Position numbers and translations under genes: made by a program
The notes under the pieces: generated by a model
Seen by the model: only the letters and a program-made list of their open reading frames with translations
Told to the model about the DNA's origin: nothing
Databases searched by the model: none
Part shown: positions 38,420-52,044 of the stretch, in pieces
How positions within the stretch are numbered: the first letter of the stretch is position 1
How the letters are laid out: the number at the start of each line of letters is the position of its first letter
DNA from: Raillietiella orientalis
Taxonomy: Eukaryota
Direction of reading: 5' to 3'
Assembly (NCBI GenBank): GCA_036172245.1
Contig: JAYWIR010000010.1
Span: forward strand, 1-64,000
DNA: 64,000 nucleotides

Positions 38420-41400
38420 TAACGCTTTTTAACTGCTTCCAATGTCAATATGCACCCTGCGCGGTGAAGTGAGAGCCAACTTTCGTGAAACCACTGCTCT
38501 CCAAAGTCATAAAGATGTAGTTTTAGCCACAGCGGTTTCCATCCAGAGGTGACCAAGGCACCAACAGTCAGAAGATTGAACGGCGTTGCGCTCCACGTAC
38601 ATATTGGAACCCTCCTCCCCATCTTCTGTTCCCCTTGTTTGGGAACACAGTTCCTAGATGATATTATTAATTAACGTCCCGGCGCAACCGGGTAATAAAC
38701 GTACATATTGAGAATCCAAACCGGCATGCCTTCCAAACATTCCGTACCAGGCGAACACATTTTCCACTTTTCTCCCACTCATGCACATTAGTGGCGCAGC
38801 CTTGTGCAGCCTCAATATTCTTTCGAACCGTAGTGGGAAGACTTTCAGACTATGTGCACTGATAGTGAGACTATTCGAATGACTCGAAATAGGAGATTGG
38901 GACTGATCTCGTGGTTTCTGCCTGAATGCCCTGTTCCCTGTTGCACGCAGCATCAACTTGCTAACTGAATTCCCTTCAGTAGCCATGATGTCGGTAGACT
39001 GGAGCCGTGATCCAAATACCCACGGAAAAAAAAACTTATTTGGCTCTCGGATTCGTGCGCGCTACCGACACTCATTGAACCCCTTGTAAACCCCGAGTAC
39101 GACTGTGTCTGAATTACCATGCGCTCTTCTCTGACCGATGCTCACTCTGTAGTATACTTCAGATTGCTTAACCCTTCACTTCTCGCCCCGTTCCGAGAGT
39201 GTGTCCAAGGTTGCACCCCCTATCCTGACGCAGGCACGGCAGGGGTAAGGGGCCATTTAGAACCAGCAGCCATATGGACAAAAGGGCTACCAGACGACAA
39301 ACTTTATATTCATCCAAAGTGATTTCATTTCCATTGCCAATGCCACGAGCAGTAGACTTTCCTCTTGAAATTCAAGGCCAGTGGTTCGGAACTTGAGGAA
39401 ACTACAAGAATAAGAAATTCGAGAAATTCTAATCTGGAAAACTAACACCTTACTCCATCACCATTTCGGGATGCGCATACATGCTAGGCCACATGTCTGA
39501 AACGCAATGTGGCCTAGCATGTATGTGCATCTACAGATCCCTACAGAAGCCCATTTTCAGCATGAACCATCAACCACTACCCACCAGCACCCTCTTCTTG
39601 GTGTGTTCAGCAAAGTGAAGGTTTTCGAACACAGTACACGAGAATGCTACCCACACTCGGCTTTCGAACCGAGCGTCCATCTTGATTCCGTAGAATGCCT
39701 TTAATCTCTACATATGGATTTGCCCTCATTAGTAGAGACAATTGGTTACTGGTTATTTGCCAGTAAGCTTCAATTGAACGGAATAATGATGAAACTCTAC
39801 TTTCTGGCTTCACCCATCCCTGATCCTTTATCATCCTGAGAGTCGGCAACATTTATGGCATGCACTTTTATCCTTACATGCCACAGTATTCCTACGATCC
39901 TTTTCCAAAATTTCTGTTTCCCTCTATTGGACGTTCTATTTTTGTGCTGGCTGCCATTCGCTCACCAGCTTTCAACATGGAACATTCTTCTCGTTCCATC
40001 TTCATCCTCAAATTTTCCTTGATTTTGCAACGCGCATCACCAACGGCTGCCACCAGAAAAATCTCCGCATTCAGAAAATGCGAATTCACCAACAAGGCTC
40101 TCTACTTCCAACTGCAACGAGATTTCGCATCACGAACTCTCCTGAAGATGAACAAGTCTGTTTGGGTGAACCTCCAGTGCAGACGAAAACAGCTGATCCT
40201 CACTTGCTCCTGCCACGCAGTGCCATCAAACTGACTACCGCCTCCTGTTTCTTTCACTTCGGGTTTTTCCAGTCTTCCGTTCCCTGAAGAGATCTGGATT
40301 GCGATTGCCTGCATGGGAGTTGCTTGCAAAAGAAGGTACAACTATCAGCCTTTGTTTTCTTCACAAATTCCTGGCATACCGACAACATTCCTTGTGGCAA
40401 CCTCCTCACGCCTGAGTTGTTTTCCCATTTGCACTAGATGAACAACGAAATCGAACGGACATTGGAGGAAAGTAATTTTAGAAGCATTGCAATCTTTCCG
40501 AAACTTGGAATGTTTGCTGGCGTGCCTGGACATTGCGGGCAAAGTACTTGCGATGGTGCCTGGGATCAGTGAAGGAGATGAAGGAATGCGGTTGTATGAA
40601 CGCAAAAGAATGACGTCCGCATGTACACTAGGAAACCTCCTCGGGTCACAGAGAACTGCACGCTCCTCGCTTTCCACATGCAGCTCGGTTGGAGGTGCAG
40701 CTCTTTCCGCAACACGCAGCTCGATTGGAGCGTCGACAACGGTTGGCGAAGAAGGAGGGCGTCAGCAGCGGAAGCGCTTGCTGCACGCCCTGCATGCACC
40801 ATCGAAAGTGCTTTCGCCTTTGGGTGCAACAGCAAAGACATCGAAGCAGGAGACCCCATGCTGACAGAACGCACAGCGCAGTGATCAGCGGGAACGCCAT
40901 CAGGAGTGGTGCAGATCGCGATCGAAGCAGCTGCAATTCAAAAATCCGGTGAACATCATCCGCTGCGCTCCTTTCTTCCGCTTTCGCAACTACGAGAGAA
41001 CCGTTCTTTTGCTCGCAACAGGCACGCATTTCCCCATGATCGAAGCACTTGCAACAAATGCGGCCCACCTCGTGCGGTCCTCGCTGCACGGTCAAACGAA
41101 CCCCTCAGGAAAAGGGTCAACTTGCACGTCGAAGCGCTGTCCTTGGAAGCGATTCGGTAGGAAGGCGATTCGGTCGGTGACTGCCCTCTGGCTTTCCTTC
41201 TCCTGCGCCTGCTGCTCATGGGTGTCCTCGGGCAGAGGGGACCGAACCTGGATGACCAGCCTTTGCGCTTGAGCTCGCCTGCACTCCCGCTCAGTGTGCC
41301 CGAGTGCTTTCGGAAGTAACACTGCAGCGGCCTCGCGGGTGCCCGAATCAGGTGACCTTGATTTCTGCGCTTGTAGCAGGGCGCCTTCGGGCGGTGACCC

Positions 41401-41450
41401 AACCAACCGTATGCGATACGAATGGATGTCGATGGACATGACCCGGGGAT
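38420..41450 (-). mobile_element. Decayed Ty3/Gypsy internal region in gag-PR-RT-RH-IN order
   Basis: Frameshifted knuckle QCYF/ALGHTERECR (~41300). AVLCDPRRFP, ATP...PEV, FRRVRDAK and DARCKIKENLRM are RT-like. LRMIKDQGW...LFRSIE is connection/RH-like. VFPLRFERILRLHKAA...FAWYGM...QYVRLLPGC resembles the integrase HHCC region. Confidence 0.65.
39470..39531. other. Hairpin: 25-bp stem (one G-T pair) and 12-nt loop
   Basis: gatgcgcatacatgctaggccacat-gtctgaaacgca-atgtggcctagcatgtatgtgcatc. Confidence 0.9.
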
Positions 41451-42779
41451 CTTTGGGTCTTCAAACAACCGAATGCAAACCATCGCTTCTCCGGCGAAGA
41501 TCCCGTCCATGTGGTTGCTGAACGCCAGCTTCTCCGTACTGGTAGAATAAATTCCACACATCTTCCTGATTGATCTAGTGAGGCACTTTTCGTCTACGTA
41601 GTGAGGATTTGGTGTCTCCGTGACTGATGCTCCAAAAAAAATGGTCATTTCTTTATAGATTAATAATGGTTTTTGTGTTATTCTTTAACAAAAATATGGA
41701 AAGGAATACCACTGCGGACTTTCATTTATTCTAATATTTTGGTGCTACTGGCTGGAAAAGGAGAACATGTCTACAGCTCTGCTATGAACGCTTCAAATTT
41801 AGAACTATCCATCAAAAATAGGTATGCTCGAATGCTTAAGATGGTTTGGATTTGATCAATTTATTATCGTTCATGAACTTACCACAAATGTATACATCTA
41901 TTTAATTATACTAAGACGATTCATAATGTGATTTATAATAATTATTAGTGCAATTATTGCATACGTCTTTTTCTGAATGTTTCATGTTTTTCAGCAAGTT
42001 CTATTAAATTTGCTATATATTATGGTTTTAGAGGAATGGATAATATTGCTTCCGTCCATATAAATAACCGAACTTCCACTTGTATGTGATACTCTAATTG
42101 GAAACCTGCGAGTCAGATACTCAGCATTCAATGCTGATATTTATCTGCCGACTTTGGGAAACCCAAGATGCTTTGCCGATTTGTCTCCTCGATCGATACT
42201 GATATGTACCTCGAGAGGTATAAGATTGTATCATTTTCATTTTCAAGATATTTACTATTATTATGAAGTACAGTGAGTCCACAATGAGTTTTCTCGGCAA
42301 ACAGAAATCTAAAGATTCTTTATTGACTAGATTTAGAGTGATAATGAAAGAATAGGTTACTATGTTAATGGGCTGATTAAAAATTTCCTTTGATATCACC
42401 GACTATCATTCATTTCGCTTGTCAATAAGTTGAAAACCAACGGCTAGAAGCTGTCTATGGACAGTTTTTCAACATAAGCGATATCCCTCTACCGCTGCAT
42501 TCCATTCCCTTAGGATGGATCAAAGTACTTTGAAATTTTCAAATTTCTTTAATAGTATTAGAGAAGAAAAAGATAATAATTGCACATTTATGTAAATTTC
42601 CTTTTGCAGAAGGGAAACACGAAGGCTTCCGGGAGTAGAACAAGTATTGAAACTTTGATTGCATCACGCTCGCTAAGTTTAGAAAAAACACGAGCGAAAA
42701 GAGATCAACACGATGACCTCGTTTACATCTACAAAGGATGCTAAGAAGAAATTGCGATTAGAGATTGGAGTGGAGCATG

Positions 42780-42814
<35 letters not shown>

Positions 42815-42850
42815 AGAAGGGATGGGCATCAATTTTTTTCTTCTTCTTTC

Positions 42851-42885
42851 ACTCCAGTGATCCATTTTTGATGGATCACTGGAGT
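42851..42885. other. Perfect 15-bp inverted repeat with a 5-nt loop
   Basis: actccagtgatccat-ttttg-atggatcactggagt. Confidence 0.9.
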
Positions 42886-44119
42886 AGAAGAGTCTGGGCT
42901 GCAAGCCAGAGTAGATTCCGTTCCTCGGAAACGTCTTCCTTTGTTTTGTATTTGCATTCGGAGTTGCTTGTTTTGCTTTTTTCCTGAATTCCATCTCCAT
43001 CTGTATTTATTCAAATCAAAATAGCTACTGAGCTGCCAGCAGAGTTCCTGAGGTGACTGCACGTTAGGGAGACGACCATCTACCAATAATCTGCGTGGGA
43101 AAACAAGAGTATACAAGATGATGAATAAGGCGAAGGACTAATACAGCACTAATACAGCTTGCACTTGTTAATGAAGTCCTTCTGACGGCGCAAAAATTTT
43201 AGGAAATGGAAAAGGGATATTTCGTTTATGAATAAAGATATTAGTAATGATAGAAAAATGGGACAGTAAGCATATGATGAGTAAATGATGATGATTCATA
43301 TGCTTAGTTTGGGGATGAGTGTTCAGAAAGCTTTAACATCTCACTGAGGCTCGTTATTACTCTTCGTGCTTATATTCTCATAACTGCTATTGCTATTTCC
43401 TTATAAATTCTTGGAAGCTGAATGCTGTGCCATTTTAACTTTGATTTCGCACACGAAAATTTATTTTCAAGCAAAGAGGAATCTTACGTCATTCGGGGGC
43501 TTTCTATCTACCATTTCATCAGACTCATGTTCATCTTTATTTTCTTCACATCTCACATGTTCGCGTTGTTATTCACGTTGAGGGTTTTCCGCTACTCTTT
43601 CCAATAATTTCTCTAAACTCCTTCGTTACTTCTGTTTTTTGCTTGCCAGACAAAAAACAGCAAAAGAATAAGCGACTGCAAGGAAATGAAGGATCGCCAA
43701 TGTTTTTTGACTTATCGGTCACAGTTACTGAAGCGCGGTGTCACTCATAGTTCCCATATTCTATTAGAGTGAAATGATTACGCATATGTATGTACAATTA
43801 TTCCGCATTAAAGAAGTGAGCCCTCCCCTCGATACATTGCAAGCCATTAGTGAAGGGGTTTGATTTTGTACAGAATTTCAAATGTGTGATCTTCTTCAGC
43901 ACGTATTGCGGAAATTCGATATCCTAAGACCGTGACAGCAGTTGGATTATTTGAACTCTGTCCTCCATAAAGCTCGTGAAACTGCACTTTCCGCTCACCT
44001 CTTGAGATCGCTGTGAATGAGAAAATCAATGAAAATCAAAAGATTTATTTAAATATCTTCCAAGGGACAAAAAATCCGTTAAACAGATCATCCAAAAAAT
44101 CACGCACGCAGTCGAGAAA

Positions 44120-45447
44120 TTACGAATACTTGAGTTGTAATTTGAATAGTGAATGTTTCCAGTAACTGAGAACATACAAGCAATTTTTGTGATCCAAATA
44201 AATTCCTGACGGGCGTATTATATTACAAGGCAGTTTCACTACGCAGAGGAAGTGCCCATGGTGATCGAACACCTGAAAGGAACGGACTATTCATCTCAGA
44301 AGATCATTACGAAACCTGTATTCGGTGATTGCGTGAATCTGCGACTACCAGGTTTCCATGGTGATCGAAAGCGATTCCGGATGGATCCATGAATTCCCCG
44401 TCTCCTTTCCCACGGGCTCCCAGAGTCGCCTTCACCTTGCCGTTGAGCCCAGCCAGGATGATCCTGTCTGCTCCCAAGTCCACCACAGCCAATGTGCCCT
44501 GTCTGTACGCAAGAAAACGGCACTTTGTGGTGACACCCTTGATGGGCACCAGCTGCAAATAATTTCGCACAATGCTATTCTCATCGATGCTTATAATGCA
44601 TATGTTGTTCTTCTCTCCACAGACTTCTAGGGTGATTAGCTGCCCTTTTTCGTCGCACGCTAAACCTGAACGAAACATGTGTTCCAAGACAGTGATGCTG
44701 CAATCTACCAAATAGCTTGCGAAGCCAGATACTCTTTACGTTTTCCAGTCTGTCGAATTTTTCACGGTAAACGTGGATTCCTCGATCATCACGCACAGCC
44801 CAATATTTGTTATGAGTGGTGGCGATGGCAGAAGGACGAAAGTACTCTGAATAGCAATTAATCACCTCATGCATGCATTTTTTTTTTTTTTTTTCGGTTC
44901 ATACGTTCACATATCTGTACTGTTTGTGTCAACTGCCCCTGATTATTAAACTGCTTAATACAATGATTGCCCGTATCACAGACGAAAACACCAGATCCTG
45001 CCGCTGCAACTCCGATCGGATAACGTAATGATTTTTCACTGTTCTCCGAGTCGAACCTCCACACGAGATCTGCATCAACCTTCTTGATTTTTCTCTCGAC
45101 AAAGTGTCTTTCCTTTTCTTTTTCTTTTTCTTTTTTAATAAAACCACATGTTTTCGTATCAACTGTTCCGCTTACCTTGATTTAATGCTGGCTTATTTGT
45201 CTTGAGGAGCTTACGATGGAAATCGCTATCCAATTTACTTTTCAGTTCTTTTACCCACGCTAAGATTCCATCATCGTCATCTGCAATTGATCTTCCTAGA
45301 AATCCAGCAGAACTACGTGTCAGAATAAAACCGAAAGAACTCACTGTTTTTTGTAGGGAAATGCTCTGTTCTCTTTGAGTAAGGCAATATGGAATTTCTT
45401 GTTCTTTGGCATGAGAAAGACTCAGAAGACTCAACATGGGAGGACAT
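44120..45447 (-). CDS. NHL-repeat beta-propeller protein (6 exons, six NHL repeats)
   Basis: The frame-consistent GT-AG spliced model has repeats YPIGVAAAGSGVFVCDTGNHCIKQF, RPSAIA, LFGLACDEKG, KCRFLA...VVDLG, DPSGIAFDHHGNLVVADSRNHRIQVFD and RPSGIYLD. The stop TAA is at 44120-44122. The start codon is tentative. Confidence 0.88.
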
Positions 45448-48283
45448 TTTACGAGATTGCTTTTCCTTCTTTGGCCTCACCGTACGCTTACCTCACCGGA
45501 GGAAGTATTTCCTTACATCAAACCACAAACAGAATTGCAGGGCTGCAAATTCGTACAGAACATTTATCAATTAAAATAAATTACGAAAAATGCGCACATC
45601 CTGTTTACAGTAATGGGCATTTTCGGGGCAGGCAAGAAATTTCCCCTCTCAGTATACGGTAACGGGAATAATCTGATTTTCGTTATGTACGATGCTTGCG
45701 GTATATGAGCGCCCTTACAAATATGATACACTTTCAAGAGATCAAAGCTCCCTCACATATGAGCTTATTTGGCCTGAATCATCAGCGACGGAGTGTTACA
45801 GAGTCAAAAGCCACAAGACCTGGCACGCAATGATCATGGCATTCCCACAGTACAGTGGGTAACCTCGGCATCTCAGATGACGGTACTGCAACGCACATGT
45901 ACCAGAATCAGAGGTCTTCAACATTTCTGATGCCGCAATTTTGATGGTTTCCTTGCAAAATTAAACTTTTTCTTATTAGGCCTTGTTTATGTATTCCAGA
46001 GTACTAAGGACGTTGGCAAACACAGTACGACCGCAAGCTGCCTTGCAAGGAGTTGCTTCAGATGAAGTAAGCTTGTAGGCAAAGGGAAGCTGCTTTTCTT
46101 GTACCTTCCTGTTTCTTATATTGCAGTTTTTGCATAAGTCATGCGAGTTCATGAGTTGGTCTGCCGAATGCACGCGCTCAATGTGCAAATTGAACGATAG
46201 TGTAATCTCGCGTACTCTGAAATAAGACTACTCCTCTCCCTATTTAGAAAGGCCATCGCCAAAGCAACCTTCATTCAACTTTGTGGATCTCCGAACACCA
46301 CACAGTAGCAACCTCTTTGCGGTCGGTAAGACCCACTGAATCCAAACTCGCGCATCCATCCTCCCCCCCCCCCCCCATTCACCACTGCTGCTGCATCTAA
46401 GAATTTTCTAATTGCCATTCTATTTTATTTTCTGAAAAATGAAATCATTCCTTTTCCGGAGGGGATACCTTCCACTACACGCGTAATGTGCTTTGGGTAA
46501 GTTATTCCATTTGCATGGAAACTTCTTCTAATACGAAATTGTGCTCTCAGCCATCAGCTAAAGTGACTCTTGCTGTGTGCCTGACGCCAATTCGGTGTTT
46601 CTAATTAGAATGGAAACCATATCTTCAAAAGTAGCCAATACCCTCGAGAGAGCGATTCCGCTCCCCGAAGGTTTGGTCAAACGCAGATTTTACTTCATAG
46701 GACCCAATTCAGTTTCGATAACCCAAACTTCAAACTGTATGTTTAAGTAGATTTTGCAAAATAAACCTCACGAACTATCTACATTTTATTCTATTTTTTT
46801 TTACTTTTGGATTGAAATCATGCTTGGGTTGCAATAAAACGAATTCCTCTACCGGATGTGCTCAGTAAGCATCATCCCTTTTCCTTCTACTACCCTTCGC
46901 GGCTTCGCAAAAAGAGAGAGAACCGATTTGAAATTCAAATCCGACCCCCAACAAATTTGAATTGAGGGCTCGGTATGCACTTTCTGCGTACGGACCGCGT
47001 CGGAAAAATGCGACCGCGGAGGAACACCAAGTAAAGAATTGACCTGTAAGCGTCCGCCTCGATATTCTTTTGATAGGGAGCATACTGACGTGGCAACTTT
47101 TATCGAGTAAAACAAAAAAAAGAAAAAGTCTTTACTACTTGGATTTGAATTTTGATGCTTACCGCTCAGAGGACGGAAAGTCGCACCTCGTTGTACGGAC
47201 TATTTCTGCTTATGCATCTATTATTGTATACTCCCAATAATACCCTCAAAACAATTGTCAATTAACAAATGAACATTTATTCCATGCAAAATCGTTTTTG
47301 TGACAATGCGACAGAAAAACCGAACACAATGTTACATTAACACATATACGAGGATTATTTTCCAATCACGAGGCTCTGTGATGGGGTTCCCGCACGTTAA
47401 AGAGCTCCCCCCCCCCCCCGGCCCTCCCCTCCCGCTAATTTACCAGATGAGGAATGGGACTGAATTATTTTATTCCAGAAACGCTGATTTTTGCCAAAAC
47501 TCCATGACCTGTAAACTATGCCTCCACAATGAAAAGAGGACAAAGACTCAGGACAAGGCGGTTCCTGTTTCTCAATGTACAACGCTGTCAACAAAACCTG
47601 CAACCTAGGGCGTTTCGTGCTTGCAGCCAAATACGGTCCACGGATTTACAGTGCAAAGCCCATACTTCACCATCTTCACACAAGAAATGCATGCAATCAT
47701 CTATGAAGAATTATATGGCATGGAAAATAGAAAAAAAAAAAAAACTGTTGCATGTCTTTCAAAGTACTGCAGTGCAAAGAGATAAGAGATCCAGCAAAGA
47801 ACCGCATTAGTGTTCAAAACATTTACATCGGAACATCAACCAGCACTGATTGAGTTCTCACCAAAAGCTCAGAACATGGCTGAACAATACCAAACAATTG
47901 ATAGAGGTGATCCTCATATAGCCAGCGTCCTTATAACCAAGGCTGATCATCAATATCGGATCTTCGTTGAACTCATTGAAATTCTGTCAATGAGAATGAA
48001 AAGCAAGTAAATGTTCACGGAATGCAGATCACACAGAACAATGCACACATCACAGTTCCCATTTATTCTATTCAATATAGGCATATCCAGCCAGGGGTAG
48101 AGGATTTACTTTCCAGTTCAGGTGCCCTCATTGGATCTCATGGGTTTATTGTTGGTGTCCATTCTGTTTTATGTGTCACTCTTAATTTAAACATTCAGTC
48201 ACTGCACAAGTTTAGGAAACAATATAATTGCCAAATAAGCATGCTTCAGATATTGCAATTACTTGCTGAATGGATGAACTAAA

Positions 48284-51200
48284 CTAGTGCCTAAATGCTT
48301 CGTACACGTGTAAATCCGATGGTCGAATACGAGGCTGGACTCTCTTGAAGGCAGTCATGAAATGTCTCATTGCTGTAGTTTCACTGAGCATATCTTCCTC
48401 CAAGGCTGAGAGGCCCGCTTCATTACAAAGGGCTGTTATCTATTTCAAACGAGATTTAGGAAAAAAAAATAAAACCGAATGCATTCTACTTCAGCTCCAC
48501 TGAATTGTTCTGTCATTCGGACTAATTCTTTTACATCAACATCAGATGAAATCGGCATTTGACGAAATAATACTTGAAATATGCAATTTCTTGTAGCTTC
48601 ATCTGGAAGGGGTAAATAAATGAGGCGATCTAAACGACCCGGTCGTAACAGAGCCTAAAACTAGAATCATTAAAAAAAAAAAAAAAAAAATCAAGACAGT
48701 TCAAGCAACCTTATCGAGCATATCAGGTCTATTTGTTGCTGCAACTACAGTCACTTCACAAAGTGGCTGAATTCCATCCATTTCGGTTAGCAGCTGCGCC
48801 AAAACACGTTCACCAACTTTGCCATTACTTGCAGCACTTCGAGAAGTGGCTAATGCATCTATCTCATCGAAGAAAATTATAGAAGGTGCTGACTCTCGGG
48901 CTTTACGAAATACTTCACGAACCGCTCGTTCGGATTCTCCAACCCATTTGCTGAATAATTCAGGTCCCTGAAATCGAACGTCACATTGAAAAATATGGCA
49001 AAACATTACTTTTATTGAAATAAAATTTAATCCAGTTTCTGTTGCCAAAGCTTTGGCTATCATAGTTTTTGAGCAGCCAGGAGGGCCATACATAAGCACC
49101 CCTCGAGGAGCCTTCACACCCAACCGTTTAAAGGCGTCTGGATTAACGATGGGCCACACAACAGATTGCTGAAGTCTATGTTTGACATCTTCTCTTCCTC
49201 CAATATCAGACCAATGTACTCGAGGAACTTCCAGTAAAATTTCTTTGAGAGCACTGGGCCGAATTCGCTGTAATGCATGCTGCATATCTTCTGATGTTAA
49301 TTTACTCTGTTTATCATATTCACAGCGCTTCCACGCCATTAGAGCAGCTTCTTGAACTAATGCACTTAAATCTGCGGCCACAAAACCGTGTGTATCTCGT
49401 GCAACCATCTGTTTTTGAAAATCTGTAACATTATGAGGTATAGTTGTCAGTAAATAACTCAATAATTGCAATCGTTGTGGAGCACTGGGGACTGGTACTT
49501 CTATTTCTTTATCAAATCTACCAGGTTTTCTTAAAGATGGATTTACTTTCTCTAGGTTTGTTGCAGTCGCCAATAAAAAAATACTGAAGAAGCTATGACC
49601 TACTCCAAACATTTTAATTACTTACTTTGAATCTTGATCTAACTGATCAATTAAATAGATCAGCATCTTAATAACATGAGTGTGTAAAGAATGTTTTTCT
49701 TCATATGAGCATAACATGTCGATATTATCCCACAAAATAACACTGAAACTTGGTGCACTAAAAGATCAGTTATCATAGTATGCAATAAAGATTGAATATC
49801 GTTAGTATTGTCAATTCAGTATTCAACTTAGCTAAGTTGAATTACTTAACACAGTATTTCTTACATCATATAGCACACACTTTGTAACAGCTCAGAGCTC
49901 TAGAAAATATGTACATTCTTCTTTGAAATTTTTACGATCTTTAACAGACACTAACAGGTGCAAAGAAATATGAACTGTAAAGTACAAGGATTAGAAGTGC
50001 AGCCAAACAGACTTAAATGCTATATTTCGTAGCAAAACTTTACCTTTCAGCGGCCTTTTCGAAGATGTGGAGTACCTTCTGCTTTACATTGTCACCACAA
50101 CTATCACACAGTAAAGATTCTTCTATCTGAAAAACTCTAGGAAATTCCTGAGCCATGGTTTGTGCAATAAGAGTTTTTCCACATCCACTAGGACCAAACA
50201 GCAGAAGACCTCTTGGGACTAGCAGTCCTTTTACAAAATAGTTACATTTCAAAGATATGACAAAAAAGCATGTTTTTTTACACTCATTAAAGACACGTAC
50301 ACCAATAAACCTTTAACACTTGAAAAACTGGAAAATAAGAACTTGCTATCAAACAAGCTTCATTTGTAATTCGTAAATAATAAATTGAAAAAAATTTACC
50401 GTATTTCTTGGCTTTCTGCCGATTATACAGTACTACATTTAAGACATCTAGCAACTGTTCCATGACAATATTAGAAACATGAATATCTTTCAGGGTTTTA
50501 TGTGGTTTCTTCACAATTGCATCACCAGCAAGTGATTGAAAATTGATCTGCGTTTTTCTAGTCACCAAATAATAAACACCAACAAATGTATTCGACGATA
50601 ACTGCTTTGAATTTTCTGCAACAGTACGGTTTTTTTGTTTTTGAAATGGAGTTGATGTAATAAACAAATTATCGACTTCCAAGTTTTCCTTTTCTCCAAT
50701 TTCAGTTGTACTATCACTGCAAGAATAAGTGTCACTGAGAACAATCAAAGAGTCTCTGGAATCCAGGGGATCAGTTAGAGATAGTTGCTCAAACTCAATA
50801 TGAGCATCAAAGTTAGGCTCAAATTTAGTTATAAGCAATCTGTATTCTTCTCCAAAATAATCTAATATTATTTCATTGCCAAGGGCATATACATTTCCAC
50901 AAAGTTCATTGCAAATGTACTCTTGAAACTGACTATTCTTCTTGAATATGAGTTTCTTTGGAAATGATAAAAAAATTTTATTGGCCTCAGTGTAACCTTT
51001 CAAAGGTTGAATATAGATATCACATCCAATGGAAGAAGGAAATAATTTCTGTGCTGAAATAAACAAAATGGATTACTGTGTTCAAACGAGCGTTCATACA
51101 ACCTTTTTTAGAAAAATAAACATCAGTAAAATGCAAATCGGATGCAGGCCAGGCATGGAATACATAGACTTTTTCAACAAATTTAACACAGGCAAATTCT

Positions 51201-52012
51201 TTGAGATGAATGCCAAGTAAGGTCATCATTGAAGGACTCATAAATATCACATTAGAAATTCCAGGCGGAGACTCAGCTAAAAACGAGAGACTACGAATAA
51301 TAAATGATCGATAAGGATGAAAACTTTTTTACACTCATCAAGAAAACGTAAGCATTTCTTTCTAAGAAATACTTAACAAATACGCTGTTGAATCATACAT
51401 TCAACTGGAAATGTAAAATTATTGTTTAGAGTTTCAAGATTTCTCAGAAATCAGAAATAGAGAACTGTGAAGCAACTTAACATTACATTACAATCAACAT
51501 TAACATGTAATTTGTAAACAGAGTCGACTGGCAACATATACATAGAATAACATTCGCAATATTTTGCCATCTATGGTTCTGCTCACAAGAACGTAAAAAA
51601 TGACTTTACTGCTCATTTGACTTTGCAACTTACAGAACAGTTGCAAGCCACAGAGACTGATATTCAGTTTCAATGAATAACCAAAATGAATTTCATTTTT
51701 GCTTTCATCTGTAAAAATTTATATATTTCTTTTTACAGAAAAATCTATGGAAAAACACTAGGTAAATTTCCTTTCCCATATGTCCATAAGACATTGCAAG
51801 TCCATCCAAAAGTTCTTTCGGGTCATGCTGCAAGAAATACATGCAAAAAACACTAAAAGATAAAAAAACTATGCACAGATCTTGAAACAAGAACCTGCTG
51901 GAGCAGAATCAGATCAGTTCGATGAATTCAAGGAAAAATTCAGTTTGAATGCATGAAGACGCAAAACTTATGGTTTATTTTGATGCATTTGCTAATGCAT
52001 GTTAATTCTCTT

Positions 52013-52044
<32 letters not shown>

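Noticed and set aside
1..41640. Intact LTRs, PBS/PPT or an active retroelement; CRISPR or prokaryotic systems
   Set aside because: I could not identify paired TG...CA repeats or intact catalytic motifs. There is no repeat-spacer array, and the DNA is intron-containing and eukaryotic.
41650..43200. Exon-like fragments with splice-like signals
   Set aside because: They could not be joined into a stop-free, recognisable protein.
47810..48010. Short ORF resembling the inorganic pyrophosphatase N-terminus (YQTIDRG...YRIF)
   Set aside because: The spacing is off and no downstream HDIP or catalytic exons are present.
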